A stretch of DNA of 64,000 nucleotides, from NCBI RefSeq assembly GCF_009914755.1, contig NC_060927.1; one strand, given 5' to 3'. The position numbers and the translations under genes were made by a program. This document shows, in pieces, positions 57,771-64,000 of the stretch (position 1 is its first letter; each line of letters opens with the position of its first letter). Below the pieces are notes generated by a model. It saw only the letters and a list, made by a program, of their open reading frames with translations. It was not told the DNA's origin and made no database searches. This DNA comes from the human T2T-CHM13v2.0 reference genome, Homo sapiens.

Positions 57771-58814
57771 TCTTCTTCTTAGGTTTTAAAGACAAATTGT
57801 GAACTTCCAGAAAGTCCTAGAAAAGGAGAGATGTCTTTCCCATCTCTCTTAACACAAGCTTTGTCTTGATATAGCTACACGTTTTTATCTTTCCTTTCAG
57901 TGGAAAACATTTAAAAAATTTAAAATCAACGTAGTGTGAGATTCAGAGGGGTCTTCAAAGATTTTGTGCAAGGCTTCCATCTCCATCTGAATACACCTAG
58001 GGATATGAGCTTCTACCATCTGTCTTCCTACCTCAACTCTTGTACTTAACCTGCCCCAAGGTGTTTGTAAGGAACATGTGGACCAGGTTTCATTGTGTTT
58101 TCTGTGTACTCAGACTCCATAGACAGAACTTAAATGAGATCCTGGGAGTGGCAAGTGTCCAAGTGAGGTTTGGTATATGTGTGACACCCTCTGCAGCCCA
58201 GAAGGAAGTGGCCATTGTAAAAACATGCCTACCCTTTTCTCTTTAAAAGGGAACAAATGAGCATCAAAGTGGTTCTGCTCCTAAAATAACACTTTCCAAA
58301 ATTAGACAAATCTAGTATTTATCATCTTATTATAGAAGTGAAAGACTAACTTGAAGTCTTCCTTTTTTTATATGAATGTTCAACAAATATCCATTCTACA
58401 AGTATTGATTGATTTCTGCTGCGCTGAGCAGTAAACACTGCCCTGCTGCAGCGTTTATTCTAGTGAATATTATGAAAAAAGAAATCTAGGAGACAAAAGT
58501 CATACTTAAGTATTTTTATTTGTGGGTTAAGCTTTAGGGATGTGAAACACAATTTCACTCTTGCTGGCATCACCTTTAGGATACAACCATGCGTTCGAGT
58601 CCTGGGTTTAGTGGGTGTTGAATCTCTCAAATTTCGCATTGTGAAGGAGGCAGCCAATACCCTAAGAAACAGGTGGCAGGCACAGGATAGCAGGCTGCTG
58701 GGGGACTCGTCATAGGCCAGGTGCCCTTTTGGCTCAGTTGATCATTTTTGGAGGGTTAAACTCCAGGGTTGTGCCCGCATTTGCTCACTCACGGATGCCG
58801 TGCATTCTCCCTAG

Positions 58815-59051
58815 TCACCAGAAGCGTGTCTTTGAGACAGTAAGAAACATCAACCAGGTTGTCAAGCAGAGATCTCTGACCCCTTCTCCCATGAACATCC
58901 CCGGCTCCAACCAGTCCTCGGCCATGAACTCCCTCCTGTCCAGCTGCGTCAGCACCCCCCGGTCCAGCTTCTACGGCAGCGACATAGGCAACGTCGTCCT
59001 CGACAACAAGACCAACAGCATCATTCTGGAAACAGAGGCAGCCGACCTGGG
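58815..59051 (+). CDS. TRAK1: TRAK1 exon (HQKRVFETVRNINQ...PMNIPGS...EAADLG)
   Basis: Acceptor TTCTCCCTAG, donor GG|GTGAGC, 237 nt, phase 2-2. Confidence 0.97.
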
Positions 59052-59173
59052 GTGAGCAAGCTGGGAGTTTTCACTTCTCTGTTTTGGGGTGAGGAGTGGT
59101 AGTATGGATTGTCTGCAGGCTCAGTAATTATTAAGAGGGAGGTAGATGAGAGTCACCTGAAAAATACAGACCT

Positions 59174-59468
59174 GGCCGGGCGTGGTGGCTCGCGCCTATA
59201 ATCCTAGCACTTTCGGAGACCGAGGCGGGAGGATTGCCTGAGCTCAGGAGTTTGAGACCAGCCTGGGCAACATTGCAAAATCCCATGTCTACTAAACATA
59301 CAAAAAATTAGCTGGGCATGGTGGCATGCACCTGTAATCTCAGCTACTCAGGAGGCTGAGGCAGGAGAATCGCTTGAACCCGGGAGGTGGAGGTTGCAGC
59401 AAGCTGATAATTGCACCACTGCACTCCTGTCTGGGTGACAGAGTGAGACTCTGTCTCAAAAAAAAAAA
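59174..59468 (+). mobile_element. AluS
   Basis: Full dimer. Confidence 0.93.
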
Positions 59469-59850
59469 GCGGACCTTACAGTTCTCCAAATCTGTTCTGC
59501 TTACCCACTTGAGCCTATGCCTATCCTTGATATGATATTTTAATCAGCTTAAAGATGTATAACAAGATGATACCAGAAAGTCTGCTTTCCTGTGAAATGC
59601 TTGGGGGAAGGATTAATGAATATTTTTTTTTTTGTTAATCTTCACGGTAAGGCTACAGAATAGACATTTGTTTTGTGACCGTTTTGTAGCTTGATGTTGG
59701 AAAGGCTGAGGAGGACTCAGGCTGTCTGTCTTGTGACCAGAATGTGGTCACAAGGTTCAGAGGGTGGGGTGCAGGGGGGCCAAGGTGCCCAGGACTGGGC
59801 TTTCCTCAGGAATGGTCAGTTCCTCTTTGTCCTGAAGCCCTGCAGAACCT

Positions 59851-59878
59851 GGACGGACGGACGGACGGACGGACAGAC

Positions 59879-59926
<48 letters not shown>
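59851..59926. repeat. Compound (GGAC)n(CA)n microsatellite
   Basis: Visible repeat. Confidence 0.95.
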
Positions 59927-59927
<1 letters not shown>

Positions 59928-60430
59928 ATTGTCTACTTTGTGCATCCTTTTCCTCTGACTTAATAAAATTGATTCTTCCGGACCAGTTGGAACAGACAGA
60001 CAGGAAGCTCCTTGATCAGAGCAGGTTTTGTTCAGAGTTGGGGTCTGGGCTCTTTTCCTTCAAGAGAAGAGAGAAACATGCCTTAACCCCATTATCCTTC
60101 TGGTAGCCAGGAACAGCAACCTACAGGTTTCTTCCTAAAGGTTCTTCAGGGAGATGTTTACAGGGACTGAATTTACTTAGTCTGTGTGCAGATATTCATC
60201 CCACCTTAGTCCTCACCCCACCTCAACCCCACTAAAAAAGACCCCTGGCGGGAGTGGTTCTGGACACGAATTTATTTCCCCCTGTTGCCTAAATGTCAAC
60301 TGCTTGCCTTGGTTCCCATGGAGAATCCTGTAGCCCCAGGGAACGTCCACCGCTGTGCATTGAGCAGTCGGGCCTCTGTGGCCTTGGAGCCCTGCTGGCA
60401 TTCCACCCTCACACCCCTTTCTTCTTCCAG

Positions 60431-60747
60431 AAACGATGAGCGGAGTAAGAAGCCGGGGACGCCGGGCACCCCAGGCTCCCACGACCTGGAGACGGCGCTG
60501 AGGCGGCTGTCCCTGCGCCGGGAGAACTACCTCTCGGAGAGGAGGTTCTTTGAGGAGGAGCAAGAGAGGAAGCTCCAGGAGCTGGCGGAGAAGGGCGAGC
60601 TGCGCAGCGGCTCCCTCACACCCACTGAGAGCATCATGTCCCTGGGCACGCACTCCCGCTTCTCCGAGTTCACCGGCTTCTCTGGCATGTCCTTCAGCAG
60701 CCGCTCCTACCTGCCTGAGAAGCTCCAGATCGTGAAGCCGCTGGAAG
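60431..60747 (+). CDS. TRAK1: TRAK1 exon (NDERSKKPGTPGTPGSHDLETALRRLSLRR...PEKLQIVKPLEG), Milton domain
   Basis: Acceptor CTTCTTCCAG; internal donor GAAG|GTGATC used by long isoforms whose next exon lies beyond the window. Confidence 0.95.
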
Positions 60748-60896
60748 GTGATCACGCGGGGCCTCGGCCCCTCTCTGTCCTCCTGGGGGACTCCCTTTGG
60801 TCCCTGATCCACCTGCGGAAGGCGGGGCACCTCTGTCACGCCTACTCCTTTTTCTTCCGCGACAGCCACCCGCGCTGCTGGTTTGAGTTCCTCTGA
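60748..60896 (+). CDS. TRAK1: TRAK1 read-through alternative C-terminus (GDHAGPRPLSVLL...RDSHPRCWFEFL*)
   Basis: Frame stays open 49 codons past the donor with coding-like GC3. Exon lengths from ATG 7538 sum to 1671 nt = 556 aa + stop. Poly(A) signals lie downstream. Confidence 0.75.
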
Positions 60897-61040
60897 GGGT
60901 GGTGCTCAGCCTAGGCCTCCGTCCCTCCCCTCTGGCTGGCAGGTGTGACAATGCACACATAGGCCATGAAACTCGCCGAGGAAAGACAAGCATGTGCACT
61001 GTGGTCTTCTAGTTCTTTCCTTTGCCTTTAGAACCTTAGA

Positions 61041-61046
61041 AATAAA
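61041..61046 (+). terminator. Candidate proximal intronic poly(A) signal
   Basis: AATAAA 145 nt after the read-through stop. Confidence 0.4.
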
Positions 61047-62156
61047 AACTTTTGTGGCGGTAGAGGCACTGCTAACTGATTCAAAAATTAATTAGGTTTT
61101 GCCTGTGGGTGTGAGGAATGCAGAAAATTAATGCTTTAGCTTTTCTGCAGTTTTGGTGTCGGGGAGAGGTTCCAAGCAAACTCTATTAAATGGGGATTTT
61201 TTTTTCCCCATAACCACCTGAATGTGATTTGTGGGCTTATGTGTTCTGATTTGAACTTCATATAGCAAGGTTGTGGCTTTTGGCAGATGCAGTATGTTCT
61301 GAGCGCGGCTCCTAGAGTCTACAATTTGGAGTCCAGGAAGGGGTGGCTGTGGAGACAAGTGAGTTTTGTACCTCCGTAAGCCACCCTTTTTCAGGGTCAG
61401 TTCATGTGTTAGTATCAGGGGCATCTCAGATGATTAAACTCATGGGAAAAACTTCCTCCTTCCCTCTCTCCCTCTTGCCCTCCTGCCTCTTTTTTTTTTT
61501 TTTTTTTTTTAATTTAGGCACTTATAAAATGTTTTCCCTCTACCTGCTGCTACTCTGCCAAGAGCCACCAAGTGCTTATATTTTTCATTTTTTACTCCTT
61601 TAGTTTGGAAAGCCATATACGTTTGAGAAGGTGTTTTAAAACTCTGTGTTACACTTACGATGCAAAGCCAAATCAGAACTTCTGTAAGGCAGAACTTTCC
61701 CAACTTTAAAAAAATTATTGTCCCCTCTAAGGAGCCTTCTTAGACGTTTTTTCCTAATCACCCCCCAAAGACATTTTAATACCACATATATATTGTTTAT
61801 GTACTATATGTATATACATAAACAATACATAAGCAATACATCTGTGGTATTAAAATTAAAAAGAATCCAATTATGTTTACCTCAAAAGAACCTGTTTTTG
61901 CTTCTTGGGAGCAATATTGCCCCTGTGAGACTGCATGCTATAAGGTAAGGTTGTGCTTGTTAAAGACCCAAGACATGACTGGGTTCCACAGTCTCCAAAG
62001 GAAGAGGGTGGGCTAGTTTGTTTTTATTATTATTTTAAAATTGTATAATTGGGGTCTTTCTTAGAGTTCAGAAAAGGTATAGCTTACTCTTTTTTAATTG
62101 TTTATTTAGTTGTAAGCTTGGTGATTGTTTTCTGATCCACATTGTGTGTGTTCTTC

Positions 62157-62220
62157 AATAAAATCTTTCATTTCTGCAATTTTACTTTCTGCCTTACTTT
62201 TCTTTTTTCTCCTTTGTCAC
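62157..62220 (+). terminator. Intronic poly(A) site for the short TRAK1 isoform
   Basis: AATAAA 62157-62162, upstream TGTA elements (62042, 62111), and a long U-rich downstream tract (62180-62217). Confidence 0.65.
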
Positions 62221-62576
62221 TCAAAGATCATTGGAATTTATCATCTCTGTCTTGTCTGCTTTCTATATTTGACTCTGTGTTTCATTAGATCATCTAAGAA
62301 TATGTTTTTGAATTTATTTTCAAAGCACATGTTTTAGCCAGTTCATCTTTATGTCTTTTAATTTTGTGACTTGGCAGTATTTTTGTGATTAGTTAATAGG
62401 ATAATAGGAAATCCTGTTAGATTAGCAAGGTGAATTTCATCTATAGTGCTCTGCTACCCAGGAGGCTAAAACAATACAATTAAAAAGTTATTTGTCTTAT
62501 CACAGTGGCCTATAACACAACCTCATGATACAGATTCTTTTGATTCCATTTTGTAGTTCTCTGACTTCTTAGCTGT

Positions 62577-62877
62577 TTATTTATGTATTTAGTTTTTGAA
62601 ACAGGGTCTCGCTGTGTCACCCAGGCTGCAGTACAGTAGTGTGATCATAGCTCACTACATGCCTGAATTCCTGGGCTCAAGCAATCCTCCCGCCTCAGCT
62701 TCCCAAGTAGCTAGGACTACAGGACTGCACCACCACACCTGGCTAATTTATTTATTTGTAGAGACAGGGTCTTACTATGTTGCCTAGGCCGGTCTTGAAC
62801 CATTGCCCTCAAGTTACCCTTCCACCTCAGCCTCCCAAAGTGTTAGGATTACAGGCATGAGTCACCACACCTGGCTC
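62577..62877 (-). mobile_element. AluJ with TSD GACTTCTTAGCTGTT
   Basis: Dimer plus TSD. Confidence 0.9.
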
Positions 62878-64000
62878 AGACTTCTTAGCTGTTACAACCA
62901 GTATTTTCTTTTTTCCCTCCCCTCCACAGTTATTTTTTGTGTTACCATGTTTAATATGATAAGATGGGATGCTGACACAGAAGTCAGCCTGGGCTAGGTT
63001 CAGTACAGCTCTGACTGTGACATTAGATAAATCACCCCACTTTTTGAGCCCTGTTTCCTATTTAGTTGTGGTTGTGAAATAGGCTGATAGCCATCAGACC
63101 AGACTGTGGTGAGGAGTAAATGTGAAGTATTTTATATTGTACCTGGCATCTAATAGGTGCTTATTAAAATGTTGGCTTCCCAAGCTTGCTCCAATCCAGG
63201 TCTGTAGGGCTGAGTTACTAGTATTGAGATCTGGACCAGCACTAGGGTCATGTTCTTAAATTATCTTTTTCTATTGGCCCACTGAGAAGCTAGTAAGATT
63301 CCCATAATCACCAGCAGCCCAGGTAAATGTACCTGGGGTGAGGTCCCTAGAGACTGTTGGCTGAGATCATAGCAGATAGCCAATCAGTGTTTTCCATCTG
63401 GCTCCGTTACCTGTTGAATTAATCTTGCCATCTGCTTATTGTGAAAGCCAAAAAGCTAAGTGTTTAAGAGTGCTAGCACTTTCTTGTCTCTTCATCTTAC
63501 CTTACCAGTTTTAAGCAGGTGAAGAACAAACAAACCATTCAAACTAGAAAGATATCTGTGTTAAAAAGACCAAGGCGGGCAGTATTTTTTTCCTGTAATT
63601 TGCACTTCCTTTCTGCTTAATCATAACCAAGGTAGCATTTCCAAATAAATAATATGTAAATAAGGGAAAGGATACACTTCAAAGCTGTACATTATCCAGC
63701 AGGTTTCATTCTAGTATCTAAGCCCTGATGCTCCTCTGACATCAGTGGATTTTGGGGTTTCCTCTCCTTTGATGACTTGAAAATGTTTTAGCTGGAACAC
63801 TGGGGTATGGAAGGAAAGCAGAGGGGGAAGGACGCAATGACCATAGTCATGTTTTCCCCACTGTCCGTGCCCTTTTCCCATAGAACTTTATCTTGGGGCC
63901 AACCAGGAACATGAAGTTTCCTCTCTTTCCTTGCCCTGTTTGCCTAATTCCTGCCTGGTTTTAATGTGGGTGGGAGGAGTGAGCAGGTCTTGAGTTGGTA

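Noticed and set aside
60213-60869. 218-aa antisense ORF
   Set aside because: Shadow of the GC-rich TRAK1 exon; no independent evidence.

Overview
Primate (human-like) genomic DNA, intron-rich and Alu-dense, covering the middle of the TRAK1 gene (Milton-family kinesin/dynein adaptor for mitochondria) on the + strand. I reconstructed by hand two mutually exclusive alternative first coding exons (MQKFIEADYYELDWYYEECSD at 7538-7601; MSLRDKGGEEECFEYDCQDEE... at 18360-18471) and 11 shared coding exons (34812-60747). All introns are GT-AG and the phases are consistent. The last exon can read through its donor to a stop at 60896 with intronic poly(A) signals, giving a 556-aa (exon A) or 572-aa (exon B) short isoform. 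The canonical 5' exons and the long-isoform 3' exons lie outside the window. A processed TPMT pseudogene sits antisense at ~2686-4418; its 5' end appears spliced to a MER21-type LTR fragment, which may be a fossil of an LTR-derived TPMT transcript. The rest is ~40 Alu pieces, MIR/L1/L2/LTR/DNA-transposon fossils, microsatellites and a 27-bp quasi-palindromic minisatellite. There are no prokaryotic features, CRISPR arrays or recognisable RNA genes. Most ORF-track entries are Alu-derived or chance ORFs. Gene and repeat-family names come from recalled sequences, not database searches, and repeat boundaries are approximate.
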